Positions 19,559 to 29,223 of a DNA stretch of 64,000 bases are shown here, piece by piece. Source of the stretch: Planctomycetota bacterium (GTDB lineage Bacteria > Planctomycetota > B15-G4). The notes beneath the pieces were generated by a model. The model did not search any database. It worked only from the letters and a program-made list of their open reading frames with translations, and was not told the origin of the DNA. Position numbers and translations under genes: made by a program. Location of the stretch: positions 32,001 through 96,000 of the forward strand of contig JBBQUR010000011.1 in assembly GCA_038212275.1 (NCBI GenBank), given 5' to 3'. Within the stretch, counting starts at the first letter, position 1. Each line of letters starts with the position of its first letter.

Positions 19559-20812
19559 ATGTCTCGATCCAGCCTGCTCACGTCCTTCGTCGGCGCCGCG
19601 GTCCGCGGCACGCCGCTTTCCCGGCGCATCGCCCCCCGCTCCGCGTCTGCGCGGCTCGCGGCCGCGCTGCTTGTCGTGGCGGCGCTCGTCGTCGCAATGC
19701 CCGCCGCGCAGGCCGGCCTCACGCTGGCGAGCCAGTTCAACCCGGGCATCGGCCAGCTCGTCGCCGGCGCGTTCGACCCGGTCAACGGCACGGTGTGGGT
19801 GTACGGCGGATTCGGCGCCGACCTCCGCCAGTACACGCTGGCCGGCGCTTTCGTCTCGTCGATCCCGCGGCCCGGCGAGAGCGCCGATGACTTCGATCTC
19901 GAGGTCCTTCCCGCCGCGATCGTGCTCAACGGCACGCCCATCCCCGCGGGCACGCTGCTCGTGATCAACGGCGAGTCTGGCGTCGCCGAGATCTACGCCG
20001 TGGACAAGCTCACGGGCGCCGTGCTCGCCACGCTCCCCACCGCCTTCGGCACGAACCACGTCGTCGGCGGCGCCTACCACCCTGGCCGCGACAGTTTCTT
20101 CCTCGTGCAGGACAAGGTCGCGACCGGCGCGCCGAACCAGAGCCTCGTCGCGGAGGTGGACCGGGCCACCGGCGCGGTGCTCGGCAGCTTCAAGGTGGAC
20201 AGCCAGCTCCCCGGCTTCACGGTCAACTACGGCGACATCGAGGTCAGCGCGGCCACCGGCAACCTCTGGATCGTGAGCAGCGACGAGACGTCGATCGCGG
20301 AGTTCACGCCGGCGGGTGTCGTCGTGCAACAGCTCGCGCTGCCGGCGGGTGTCAGCTCGCTGAGCGGCATCGGCCTCGACGACGCGGGCGGCGGTGCGTG
20401 GGTCACGTCGTCGAGCGGCGTGGTCTCGCATCTCGGCGGCGCCACGTGGTCGCACCTCGACCACGCGCTCGCGGGCAGCGCGGGCCTGCCGACGCTCACC
20501 GGCTCCGGCACGCTCGCGTCGGGCGCGCCGACGACGCTGACCATCGCGCACGCCAAGCCGCTCTCGACGGCCTACCTGATCCTCGGCTTCGCCCAGCTCT
20601 CCGCGCCCTTCAAGGGCGGGACGCTCGTGCCGCAGCCCGACATCGTGAGCCCTGCACTCCCCGTGAGCGCCGCCGGCTCGACGGCCGTCGCCTTTCCATG
20701 GCCGGCGGGCATCCCGAGCGGATTCCCGCTCTGGTACCAGGCCTGGATCGCGGACGGCGCCGCGGCCGCAGGATTCGCCGCGACCAACGGACTGAAGTCG
20801 ATCACGCCGTGA
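19559..20812 (+). CDS. Secreted beta-propeller-like protein with 121-aa PFKGG C-terminal domain
   Basis: Signal peptide ending AQA; tail at 20447-20812; GGAG upstream. Confidence 0.85.
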   Translation: MSRSSLLTSFVGAAVRGTPLSRRIAPRSASARLAAALLVVAALVVAMPAAQAGLTLASQFNPGIGQLVAGAFDPVNGTVWVYGGFGADLRQYTLAGAFVSSIPRPGESADDFDLEVLPAAIVLNGTPIPAGTLLVINGESGVAEIYAVDKLTGAVLATLPTAFGTNHVVGGAYHPGRDSFFLVQDKVATGAPNQSLVAEVDRATGAVLGSFKVDSQLPGFTVNYGDIEVSAATGNLWIVSSDETSIAEFTPAGVVVQQLALPAGVSSLSGIGLDDAGGGAWVTSSSGVVSHLGGATWSHLDHALAGSAGLPTLTGSGTLASGAPTTLTIAHAKPLSTAYLILGFAQLSAPFKGGTLVPQPDIVSPALPVSAAGSTAVAFPWPAGIPSGFPLWYQAWIADGAAAAGFAATNGLKSITP

Positions 20813-20860
20813 GGGGGCGGACGCCTGACGCCTTGCGCACGCGGGCCCAGGTCAGTCGGA

Positions 20861-21934
20861 CTACGCCAGCCACGGCCGCAGCGCGTCCACCAGCACCGCG
20901 CCGCCGTGCAGCAGCGCGTCGCAACACGGCAGGCCCGTGCGGCGCGTGATGTCGGCGCACGCAGCCGGCACTGCGGCGAGGTCCATGCCCTCGTGGTTCA
21001 GCGTGACGGCGACGACCTTCGCGTTGCTGATCATCTCGACGGCCGCGATCTGCTTCTCGAGCGGGTGCATCGCGTAGCCGGGGAAGCCGTCGTACTCCTG
21101 GCGCACCGGCGCGTGCTGCATGACGACGCACGCGGGGCGGCCCGCGGCCAGCAGCTCGTAGCCGCCGGGATACGCGGGGTTCATGAGACTGCCCTGGCCC
21201 TCGAGCACGATGGCCCGCGGGTGGCCGTCGTTCCACGCGGACCACACGGCGTGCTCGATCTCGCCGGCGAGGAAGTCGTTGACGCAGGTGTCGAGCACGA
21301 TGCCGTGTTTCACGCCCTGCATCCACGCTGTCTGGCCGGTGCCGACCATGCGCGCGCTGACGCCCGCCGCCTCGAGCGCGTCGACGAGCACCCACGCGGT
21401 CGTGCGCTTGCCCACCGCGCTGTCCGTGCCGAGCACGGCGATCTTGAGCGCCGCGACCTGCTCGATGACGCCGCTGAAGAAGTGCAGCTCGCTCTTGGGA
21501 GGCGGGCGGCGCACGTCGCGCAGCACGACGCCGTGCTGCTTCGCGAGCGCGGCCAGCTCCGCGTCGTCGTTCAGGTAGTCGTGCAGGCCGCAGTCCACGT
21601 TGAGGCCGGCGGCGATGGCGGCCTTCACGTCGGCGCGGCCCGCGGGCGGCAGGCGTCCGCCGTCCGGCGCGAGGCCGACGACGAAGTGCGTCGCCGGCGT
21701 GCCGGCCGCGCGCGCGGCGGCCAGCGCCTCGGCGAGCGTCGCGAGCACGGGGATGCCCTTGGGCGTGCCGTCGAGCACGTCGGCCGCGTCGCGGCCCGCG
21801 TACGTCGCGTCGAGCACGGAAAGCACGCGGTAGCGCGCAGTGCGGCGCACGAGTCCGTGCGCGGTCTTGCCGTTGGGCGTGTTGAACGCGCCCTGACACC
21901 ACACGATGGCCGCGCCGTCGGGGCGATCGATCAC
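20861..21934 (-). CDS. DUF1611 family protein (DgcN-like)
   Basis: GKTAHGLVR, GLHDYL, GTDSAVGKRTT, GTGQT and EGQGSL motifs. Confidence 0.92.
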   Translation of the reverse strand: MIDRPDGAAIVWCQGAFNTPNGKTAHGLVRRTARYRVLSVLDATYAGRDAADVLDGTPKGIPVLATLAEALAAARAAGTPATHFVVGLAPDGGRLPPAGRADVKAAIAAGLNVDCGLHDYLNDDAELAALAKQHGVVLRDVRRPPPKSELHFFSGVIEQVAALKIAVLGTDSAVGKRTTAWVLVDALEAAGVSARMVGTGQTAWMQGVKHGIVLDTCVNDFLAGEIEHAVWSAWNDGHPRAIVLEGQGSLMNPAYPGGYELLAAGRPACVVMQHAPVRQEYDGFPGYAMHPLEKQIAAVEMISNAKVVAVTLNHEGMDLAAVPAACADITRRTGLPCCDALLHGGAVLVDALRPWLA

Positions 21935-21957
21935 GGAGCCGCGCGAGAAGGGCACGC

Positions 21958-23103
21958 TCACGAGCGCCGCCCCGTCAGCACGCACACGTAGCGGTCGCCG
22001 GGGAGCGGCTCCTGCTTGTGGCGGTTGAGCAGCGCGACCAGGCCCGCGGTGCTGGCGGGCAGGACGTGCAGGCCTTCGCGCTCGCGCAGCATGCGTGCGC
22101 AGGCGAGCAGCTCGCGGTCGGAGGCGTCGTCGGCCCAGCCGTTGCTGAGGCGGATCGCGGCGAGCGCTTCGTCGCCGTCGCTGCTGCGCCAGTTGATGAG
22201 CGGCTCATTCACGACGGTCTCGCGGATGGATTGCGGCGACAGGTCCTCGCACGTCACCAGGTTCTTGGCGAAGGCCTGCACGATGGGATTCTTGCGGAAG
22301 CTGCTGCCGGCCACCATGCGCGGCACGCGCGAAGTCTTGCCGCGGCGGTCGAGGCTCTGGAAGCCCTTGAGAATGCCCGCCAGCGTCGTGCCGTTGCTCA
22401 CCGGCACCGCGCACGCGAAGGGCGCGTCGCGCAGATCGTCGTAGATCTCGGCCGCGATCTGCCCGTACTTCTTGAGCTGCAAGGCGGTGTTGGCGCCGCC
22501 GGGGTTGGCGTCGTAGAGGCCCTCGCTCGCGGCGAGCAGGCGAGAGTGCTCCACGGTGCCCTCGTAGTCGCGCGGCACGCGCACGATCTCCGCCCCGTAA
22601 CCCTCCATCTCGGCGATGCGCCGCGTGTGATACTGCTCGGGGATGCAGATCACGCAGCGCAGTCCGCCGAGCCACGCGGCCAGCGCGAGCGCCGCGCCGA
22701 AGTTGCCGCAGGTCGCCACGGTGATGGCGTCGAAGTCGCGCCGGATCGCGTCGTGGCACTGCCCGAAGGCGATGCGGTCCTTCTGCGTGCCGGTCGGGTT
22801 GCCGCCCTCGAACTTCAGGAAGATCTGGCGCAGGTTGACGTCGCGCTCGAGATTGCGCGCGCGCGCCAGCGTCGTGTCGCCCACCTCGCTGTCGATGATC
22901 TCCTGATAGGCCTCGACGCGCGCCTCGAGGTGGCGGCCGCGGTCGGCCGCGATGACGCGCTGCTCCTCGATATCCGGCGTGAGCGCGAGGCGCGGGGACG
23001 TGGCGCCGTCGAGCATCGGCAGCACGCGTTCTTCGGCGGGCGTGAGGGCTTCGCCGCTCCTGCCGGCGTCGGGTGAAGACAACTCGGGCCGTGTTTCCGT
23101 CAT
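21958..23103 (-). CDS. PLP-dependent fold-type II enzyme (threonine synthase-like)
   Basis: LKFEGGNPTGTQKDR, TCGNFG, VPVSNGTTLAG, VCVLTG. Confidence 0.9.
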   Translation of the reverse strand: MTETRPELSSPDAGRSGEALTPAEERVLPMLDGATSPRLALTPDIEEQRVIAADRGRHLEARVEAYQEIIDSEVGDTTLARARNLERDVNLRQIFLKFEGGNPTGTQKDRIAFGQCHDAIRRDFDAITVATCGNFGAALALAAWLGGLRCVICIPEQYHTRRIAEMEGYGAEIVRVPRDYEGTVEHSRLLAASEGLYDANPGGANTALQLKKYGQIAAEIYDDLRDAPFACAVPVSNGTTLAGILKGFQSLDRRGKTSRVPRMVAGSSFRKNPIVQAFAKNLVTCEDLSPQSIRETVVNEPLINWRSSDGDEALAAIRLSNGWADDASDRELLACARMLREREGLHVLPASTAGLVALLNRHKQEPLPGDRYVCVLTGRRS

Positions 23104-23248
23104 AGGCGCCACACACTAAGCGATGGCGCTGGCGGCAACCATCAAGCGGGCAGCGACGGGTCGGCTACAATCCCGCGCCCTGCAACCGGTCGCGCCCCGC
23201 AACCGGTCACGCCCCGAAACATGTCGCGCCCCACCCCGAGAGACACCC

Positions 23249-24985
23249 ATGACCGCTGCCCGCACCCCCGTCACCGGCGCGACCCCCGTCTCGCAACCAC
23301 TGTTCCCGACGCCCCGGGGCGCCGCGCCCTGCGCCTCGTCAGTAGCGTCAGCGTCCTCGAGGCCGGCGCTGTCGGCTCGGTTCGGCACCGCTGCGGCGCT
23401 GGCCGCCGCGATGCTCGTCGGTGCCTCGGCCGTGGCGCAGACGCCGCAGGCCACGCTCTTCGGCGATCACGCGGCCGACGCCTCGGGCGCCGCGCTGGCC
23501 ACCCTGCCCGATCTCGACGGCGACGGCCGCGCCGAGCTCATCGTCGGTGCGCCGGGCGACGGCAGCCAGGCTGAGCGCACCGTCCGCGTGCGCCGCAGCT
23601 CGGACGGCGGCCTCCTGCTGCGACTGGTGGACAAGACGCCGGGCGCGCGCTTCGGCGCCGCGGTCGCCGGGCTGGCGGACGTGAACGCGGATGGCCTCCC
23701 CGACCTCGCCGTGGGCTCGCCCGGCAGCGCGCCGGGCCCCGGACGCGTGCGGCTCTTCTCCGCCGCGGACGGCGCCGTGCTGCTCGACTTGTTCTCCGGC
23801 GGCAATGACTCCTGGGACGGCTTCGGCGCCGCGCTTGCGCCTCTGGCCGACATCGACGGCGACGGCGCCTCGGACCTGTTCGTCGGCGCCCCCTCGCTGT
23901 CCGATGAGCAGCCGGGCAGCGCCAGCATCCGCAGCGGAGCGACCGGCGCGGTGCTCGCCACCTACGTCGGTCTCGCGCCGGGCGACCGCTTCGGTGCGGC
24001 CCTGTCGGGCGTCGGTGACGTGAACGCCGACGGCACGGATGACCTGCTGATCGGTGCGCCGGCCGGCGGCTACGCGCAGGTTCGCTCCGGCGCCGACGGC
24101 AGCGTGCTGCTCCAGCTCATCGGCACCGGCGGTGACTTCGGCGCCGCGGTCGCCGCTGCGGGCGACGTCGACGGTGACGGCCACGCCGACCTCGCCGTGG
24201 GCGCGCCGGGCCTCAGCCGCGTGGATGTGCTCTCCGGCGCGAATGGCTCGCTGCTGCGGCGCGTGTCGCGCGAGGGCGCCTTCGGTGCCGCGATCGCCGC
24301 AGCCGGCGACTGGAATGGCGACGGCACGGAAGACTTCCTCGTCGGCGCGCCCGAGGAAACGGTGGCGGGTGGCCTCGGAGCCGGCAGCGTCTACGCCATC
24401 TCCGGAGCGCAGGGTGACGTGCTCTTCAAGGCGCCCGGCGCGGCGGCCGGTGAGCATCAGGGTGCGGCCGTGGCGGTGCTCGGGACGGCCGGCCCCGGCG
24501 TGAAGCCCGATCTTGCCGTCGGCGCCACCGGACTGGTCGGCCCGGCGGCGGAGGCCTCCGGCGGCACGCGCCTCTACGCGGGCAAGCTGGTCGGCTCGAT
24601 CGTGCCGTACGGCATCGGCTGCCCCGGCTCCTTCCTCATCACGCCGCGGCTGGACCTCTCCGGCGACCCGTATCCCGGCGCCCAGGTGAAGCTCGCCATC
24701 ACCAAGGCGCTCGGTGGCTCCTTTGCGCTGCTCTTCGTGGGTGGCGGACAGGGCCTGACGCCCTTCATGAACGGCTGCATCCTCTGGGTGGCGCCGGTGC
24801 TGGTCCCGCCGATCACGCTGCCGCTCGACGGCCCGGGGCCTGGCGCCGGCAACATCACGCTGACGGAGCGCCTGCCCGAGCAGTTGCCTGTCGGATTCGT
24901 GGTGACGATGCAGGCCGTTGTCGCCGATCCAGGCGCAGACGGCGGGCTTTCGTCCACCAGCGCGATTCAACTCACGATCCAGTGA
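23249..24985 (+). CDS. Secreted FG-GAP repeat protein with a divergent C-terminal domain
   Basis: Repeated FGAA....D.DGDG..DL.VGAP; tail YGIGCPG...Q....DPGA.GG.S.TSAIQLTIQ. Confidence 0.9.
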   Translation: MTAARTPVTGATPVSQPLFPTPRGAAPCASSVASASSRPALSARFGTAAALAAAMLVGASAVAQTPQATLFGDHAADASGAALATLPDLDGDGRAELIVGAPGDGSQAERTVRVRRSSDGGLLLRLVDKTPGARFGAAVAGLADVNADGLPDLAVGSPGSAPGPGRVRLFSAADGAVLLDLFSGGNDSWDGFGAALAPLADIDGDGASDLFVGAPSLSDEQPGSASIRSGATGAVLATYVGLAPGDRFGAALSGVGDVNADGTDDLLIGAPAGGYAQVRSGADGSVLLQLIGTGGDFGAAVAAAGDVDGDGHADLAVGAPGLSRVDVLSGANGSLLRRVSREGAFGAAIAAAGDWNGDGTEDFLVGAPEETVAGGLGAGSVYAISGAQGDVLFKAPGAAAGEHQGAAVAVLGTAGPGVKPDLAVGATGLVGPAAEASGGTRLYAGKLVGSIVPYGIGCPGSFLITPRLDLSGDPYPGAQVKLAITKALGGSFALLFVGGGQGLTPFMNGCILWVAPVLVPPITLPLDGPGPGAGNITLTERLPEQLPVGFVVTMQAVVADPGADGGLSSTSAIQLTIQ

Positions 24986-25216
24986 CGGCCGACGGCGGCG
25001 ACCGAAGCCGCACCCACGGATCCTTTGCAAGGTCTTTCCGACACTCGCACGAGTTGTGGCGTAGGCTCACTCACGAGCCCTCGAGCAGGGGCTCCGGAGA
25101 AAGCCCACAACCCGTCCCTGCACCACCTGTTCTTCGGGCTGTGCTTCAGGCGAGCGGTCACGAGCAGGAACCGCGTCCCGCCTGCTGCCTGCCCTGCCAC
25201 TGACGAGGAGGTCGCG

Positions 25217-25969
25217 ATGTTGATGTTTCAGACCATGTCGTCCCGCGCAGAAGACATGAAGTTTCATGGCGCGCCGACTGCGTGGCAGAGCTTGCTGGCC
25301 GTCGCCGCGCTGACTGCGATGTTGCTCGGCGCACCGTCCGCCGGCGCCCAGGAGGCGCCCGGCACACCGATCGTCGAGCGCAGCGGCGCTGACACCGGCG
25401 TCGACGCAGGTGCAGTCCGCAGCGCTCCGGGCACGACGGGCGCCGCGGCCACGACCAGCACCGCGCAGCCACGCACCACGGCCAGCGACATCGACCTGAG
25501 CGAGGCGCCCCTCGTGGCCGGCATGCTGGAAGACGAAGCGCTGCACCGCGATCGCATCGGGCGCATCCGCCGTCTGCGCCAACTGGCGGTCGAGGGCAAC
25601 CAGCGCGAGCGACTCGGGCAACTCGACGACCTCGAACTTCAGGAGGTGCGGCGTCACGAGGCCCGCGCGGTGCGCGACCGCAGCCTGCTTTCGGAGCGCT
25701 CGGCCCTCGCGGTGGACGACTTCGTGAAGCGCGGCGGCCTGTACCGCGCCCGCGGCAAGGACATCGCCATCGCCCGCCAGCGCAAATTCGGCTCGTCCGG
25801 CGACGACATCTCCCGGCGCCGTGCGAACGCGGACGGCAGCCCCGAGCGCAGCGCGACGCGCGCGACGCGGGCCGGCACGTCAGGCAGGTCGTCCGGCTCC
25901 GCGAGCCGCGGTGGGAGCAGCCGCGGCGGCAGCAGCAGCGGTGGAACCCGCAGCGGAGGGCCGCGGTGA
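25217..25969 (+). CDS. Hypothetical exported protein with an R/S/G-rich C-terminal tail
   Basis: GAGGAGG SD before ATG 25217; hydrophobic signal segment; helical core. Confidence 0.72.
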   Translation: MLMFQTMSSRAEDMKFHGAPTAWQSLLAVAALTAMLLGAPSAGAQEAPGTPIVERSGADTGVDAGAVRSAPGTTGAAATTSTAQPRTTASDIDLSEAPLVAGMLEDEALHRDRIGRIRRLRQLAVEGNQRERLGQLDDLELQEVRRHEARAVRDRSLLSERSALAVDDFVKRGGLYRARGKDIAIARQRKFGSSGDDISRRRANADGSPERSATRATRAGTSGRSSGSASRGGSSRGGSSSGGTRSGGPR

Positions 25970-26220
25970 TGTCCACGCACGAAGAGAACCCCGGCCTGCG
26001 CCCGACGCTCGGCTGGCTCATCGCCACGCTGACCGGCGGCGCGCTCCTGCTTTCCAGCTCGGGCTGCTCGGCGACACCCGAAGACGAGCCCGTGGACGAC
26101 ATCGAGATTCACCTGCCCACGCAGGCCGAGGCCGATGCCGCGGCCGACAAGTCGATCAACGCCAGCAATGCGGACGCCGAGTATCGCAGGCTGCTCGCGG
26201 AACTGGCGCAGGGCGACTGA
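25966..26220 (+). CDS. Small lipoprotein
   Basis: Overlaps the upstream stop; LLLSSSGC lipobox-like signal; acidic mature part. Confidence 0.7.
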   Translation: MMSTHEENPGLRPTLGWLIATLTGGALLLSSSGCSATPEDEPVDDIEIHLPTQAEADAAADKSINASNADAEYRRLLAELAQGD

Positions 26221-26300
26221 CGCGCGGCGAGCGCGCCGCTCCAAGGCGCTGCTCGCTCTGCGCGCGTTCAGCGCGCGTCAGCGCGCGTTCGGCGCGCTGC

Positions 26301-27269
26301 TCAATGCGCTGCCGTGGCGCGCACGGCGCGGCCGCGCACCAGGGTCAGCGTGACGATGCTGCCCACGATGAGCGCGGCGCCCGCGAGCACGAGCCATGTC
26401 AGCGGCGGGTCGCCGAGCCACTGACCCCAGACCATCGCGAGCACGACGCCCAGGAAGAACATGTTCGTCGCCCGGCTCGCGGTCTCGCGCTGCATGCCCA
26501 TGGTCATGAAGATCTGGGCGGCGATCGACGAGGCGGACATCGCGGCGAGCAACCACCATTGCGTGCCCGCCGGCGTGACCCACTCCCAGGCGCACATCAC
26601 GCCGGACACCGGCAGCGAGACGAGCACCAGCGCCAGCACCACCACGAGGTGGTGTTCGGTCTTCGCGGTGGCGCGCACGACGGTGTAGGTCGCGCCATTC
26701 ACGATGGCCGAGCCGAAGGCGATGAGGCTGGCGAGCAGCGGCGCGTGCGGCTCGGGCTTCACGACCAGCGCGACGCCCAGCAGGCACACCGCGGAGGCGT
26801 ACCACGCGGCGCGCCCGGCGCGCTCGCCGAGAAAACGCTGCGCGAAGAGCGCCGCGAAGATCGGGCTGCAGCCCGTGAGCAGGATGGCGTTGCCGAGCGG
26901 CAGCGCCGACAGCGAGGCGAAGTAAGCCAGCATGCCGGTGAAGCCCAGCGCGCCGCGCGCCAGCAGCAGGCGTCGGTTGTTGCCCAGCGGCGACAGCCCG
27001 CGCGCCCTCAGCATCCACAGCAGCACGGGGATGGTGACCGCCGTGCGGACGAAGATCTTCTCGTGCGCGGGCATCTCCTTCCCCAGCAGCTTCACGCACA
27101 CCGCCATGATGGAGAAGAGCAGCACGGCCAGCGCCATGCACACCATGCCGGACAGGGCCGCGGGAGCGTCGGCGGGCGCCGCGGCGCGCGCGGCATCGGA
27201 AGAGCGGCCCGTCGCGTCGTCGCTGGCCGCGCCTCCCGCGCCGGCGAGGACCTCGGGCAACGTGAGCAT
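26301..27269 (-). CDS. DMT/EamA family transporter
   Basis: About 10 hydrophobic segments; SPIFAALFA..FLGER. Start uncertain. Confidence 0.9.
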   Translation of the reverse strand: MLTLPEVLAGAGGAASDDATGRSSDAARAAAPADAPAALSGMVCMALAVLLFSIMAVCVKLLGKEMPAHEKIFVRTAVTIPVLLWMLRARGLSPLGNNRRLLLARGALGFTGMLAYFASLSALPLGNAILLTGCSPIFAALFAQRFLGERAGRAAWYASAVCLLGVALVVKPEPHAPLLASLIAFGSAIVNGATYTVVRATAKTEHHLVVVLALVLVSLPVSGVMCAWEWVTPAGTQWWLLAAMSASSIAAQIFMTMGMQRETASRATNMFFLGVVLAMVWGQWLGDPPLTWLVLAGAALIVGSIVTLTLVRGRAVRATAAH

Positions 27270-27319
27270 CGGGGGACCGTCGCGGCCCGTTCCTGCGGAG
27301 TCCGTCACTAGGCCAGCCT

Positions 27320-28888
27320 TCAGACCTTCGCGGCGCGGCGCGTGAAGAAGCGCTCCTTGAGGATCTGCAGGAAGGAGTCGAACTTGCTGTCTTCGCGGCC
27401 GCTCCAGAAGTTGCGGGCGATGCGCAGCAGGCGCTTCGGGTTGACGAGGATGGCGCGCGAGTAGAAGGCCAGCACGATGCGGAAGCGCCAGTAGGTGAGC
27501 GCCCTGGCGCTCATCGAGCCGGAGAAGTTGCGCTCCTCGGTGAGCCAGCGGTCGTGCACGAAGATGGGCGCCATCATGAGGTCGTCGTTCAGGGCGATCT
27601 TCCCGTCGGTCTCGAGCTGCTTGTAGAACTTCGTGCCCGGAATCGGGAAGTAGAAGCCCACCGCCACGTCGTCCACGCCGGCCCGCGCGAGGCGTCGCGC
27701 CCACTTCACGGTGTCCTTGAAGTTCTGCTTGTTGTCGCCGGGGAAGCCGAGCACGAAGAAGACCGCGGTGTTGAGCTTGTGCTTCACCGCAGCATCAACT
27801 GCGGAAAACAGGCTCTTCTCGGTCATCTGCTTGCTGACCTTCTTGCGCACTTCCTCGCTGCCGCTTTCGGGCGCGAAGTTCAGCGACCAGCCGCCCGAGG
27901 CCGCGAGGAGCGAGGCCACCTCGTCGTCCACGACCTCGCAGCGCGTGCCGGAGGGCAGCTGCCACGAGATCTGCAGCTTGCGCGCGATGATTTCGCGGCA
28001 GAAGTCGACGATCCACTCGCGGCGCAGGATCGCCGTGAGGTCCTGGAAGGGGAAGTTGTTCGCGCCGTAGGTCTCGACGTAGCTCTCGATCTCGTCGACG
28101 ACCTTCTTCGGTTCGCGCGGGAGCCACTTGGTGGTCCACATGTTGGGCGAGCTGCAGTAGGCGCAGCGGTAGGGGCAGCCGCGCGTCGCCAGGATGGGCA
28201 CCGTGACGCCGTTGTGGATGCCGGTGACGAGGCCGTTCTCGTCGTAGCCGCGCACGTTGAACAGGTCCCACGCCGGGAGCGGGATGGCGTCCACGTCGCG
28301 CACGCGATCGCGGCGCGGCTCGTGCACCACGACGCCGTCCTTGCGATAGGAGACGCCGGCCAGCCCCGCGGCCCACTGCGCGACCTCGGGCTCCGGATCG
28401 GCCACCGACGCGGCGCCGCGCGCGGCGAGGTGCTCGCCGTAGCGGCGCACGATGGCGACGGCCGTCTCCTCGCCCTCGCCCAGCGCGAGGATGTGGATGG
28501 GCGTCTGCTGGAGCGAGATCTCGGGCAGCCCGGTGAAGTGCTCACCGCCGCCGATGAGCAGCACGTCGGGCCGCGCCGCGTGCAGCGCGTGGATGAGCTC
28601 CGACACGACGCGCCACTGGTAGGTGAACATCGCCGCGATGCCGACCACCTGCGTGTCCGCCGGCAGCATGGCGACGACCTCCGCGACCGGCAGCCCGAGC
28701 TGCGCGACGCGACCGGCCTGCACGATGCGATCCGGCGCCTCTCCCACCGCGTCGATCACGGTGACCTCGTGCCCCGCGGCGCGCAGCGAGCCGGCCACGT
28801 AGGCCAGCCCCAGCGGCAGGCTGGGCCGGAGCGACGTCAGCGCCGTCGGATTCAGGAAGGCCGGCGGATGGATGAGCGTGACGCGCAT
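27320..28888 (-). CDS. Cobalamin-binding radical SAM protein
   Basis: PLGLAYVA and GGEHFT B12-binding domain; RGCPYRCAYC; APESGS. Confidence 0.93.
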   Translation of the reverse strand: MRVTLIHPPAFLNPTALTSLRPSLPLGLAYVAGSLRAAGHEVTVIDAVGEAPDRIVQAGRVAQLGLPVAEVVAMLPADTQVVGIAAMFTYQWRVVSELIHALHAARPDVLLIGGGEHFTGLPEISLQQTPIHILALGEGEETAVAIVRRYGEHLAARGAASVADPEPEVAQWAAGLAGVSYRKDGVVVHEPRRDRVRDVDAIPLPAWDLFNVRGYDENGLVTGIHNGVTVPILATRGCPYRCAYCSSPNMWTTKWLPREPKKVVDEIESYVETYGANNFPFQDLTAILRREWIVDFCREIIARKLQISWQLPSGTRCEVVDDEVASLLAASGGWSLNFAPESGSEEVRKKVSKQMTEKSLFSAVDAAVKHKLNTAVFFVLGFPGDNKQNFKDTVKWARRLARAGVDDVAVGFYFPIPGTKFYKQLETDGKIALNDDLMMAPIFVHDRWLTEERNFSGSMSARALTYWRFRIVLAFYSRAILVNPKRLLRIARNFWSGREDSKFDSFLQILKERFFTRRAAKV

Positions 28889-29223
28889 GGTGTCGGGCAG
28901 GGTGACCGTGAGACGAGAACCGCAACGGCGAAGGCGGGCCAGTGTAGCCCCCACCACCGCAAGCCGCCATCGACGCGGCATCCCCGTTCATCGGAATGAA
29001 GCGCCGTCCAGCCTGCGCGAATCTGCAACCGAGGCCCGCATCCGCAGACCGGCGCGCCCCGGACCCACGCGCCGTACACCGGCGCGCCGCTCTCGTCCAG
29101 CACTCGGCCGCCACGGTCGCCCCACGCAGTCTGGCTGTGCCGTTTCCCTGTCTTGTGCCGATACCATGCGACCAGAATTCGCGACCGCGACTCGCGCGGT
29201 GCGAACGCACCCCCGGAGGACAC

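Noticed and set aside
21958..23103. Calling this gene housekeeping thrC
   Set aside because: The motif is TGTQKDR rather than the usual TGSFKDR, and the context is not threonine biosynthesis.
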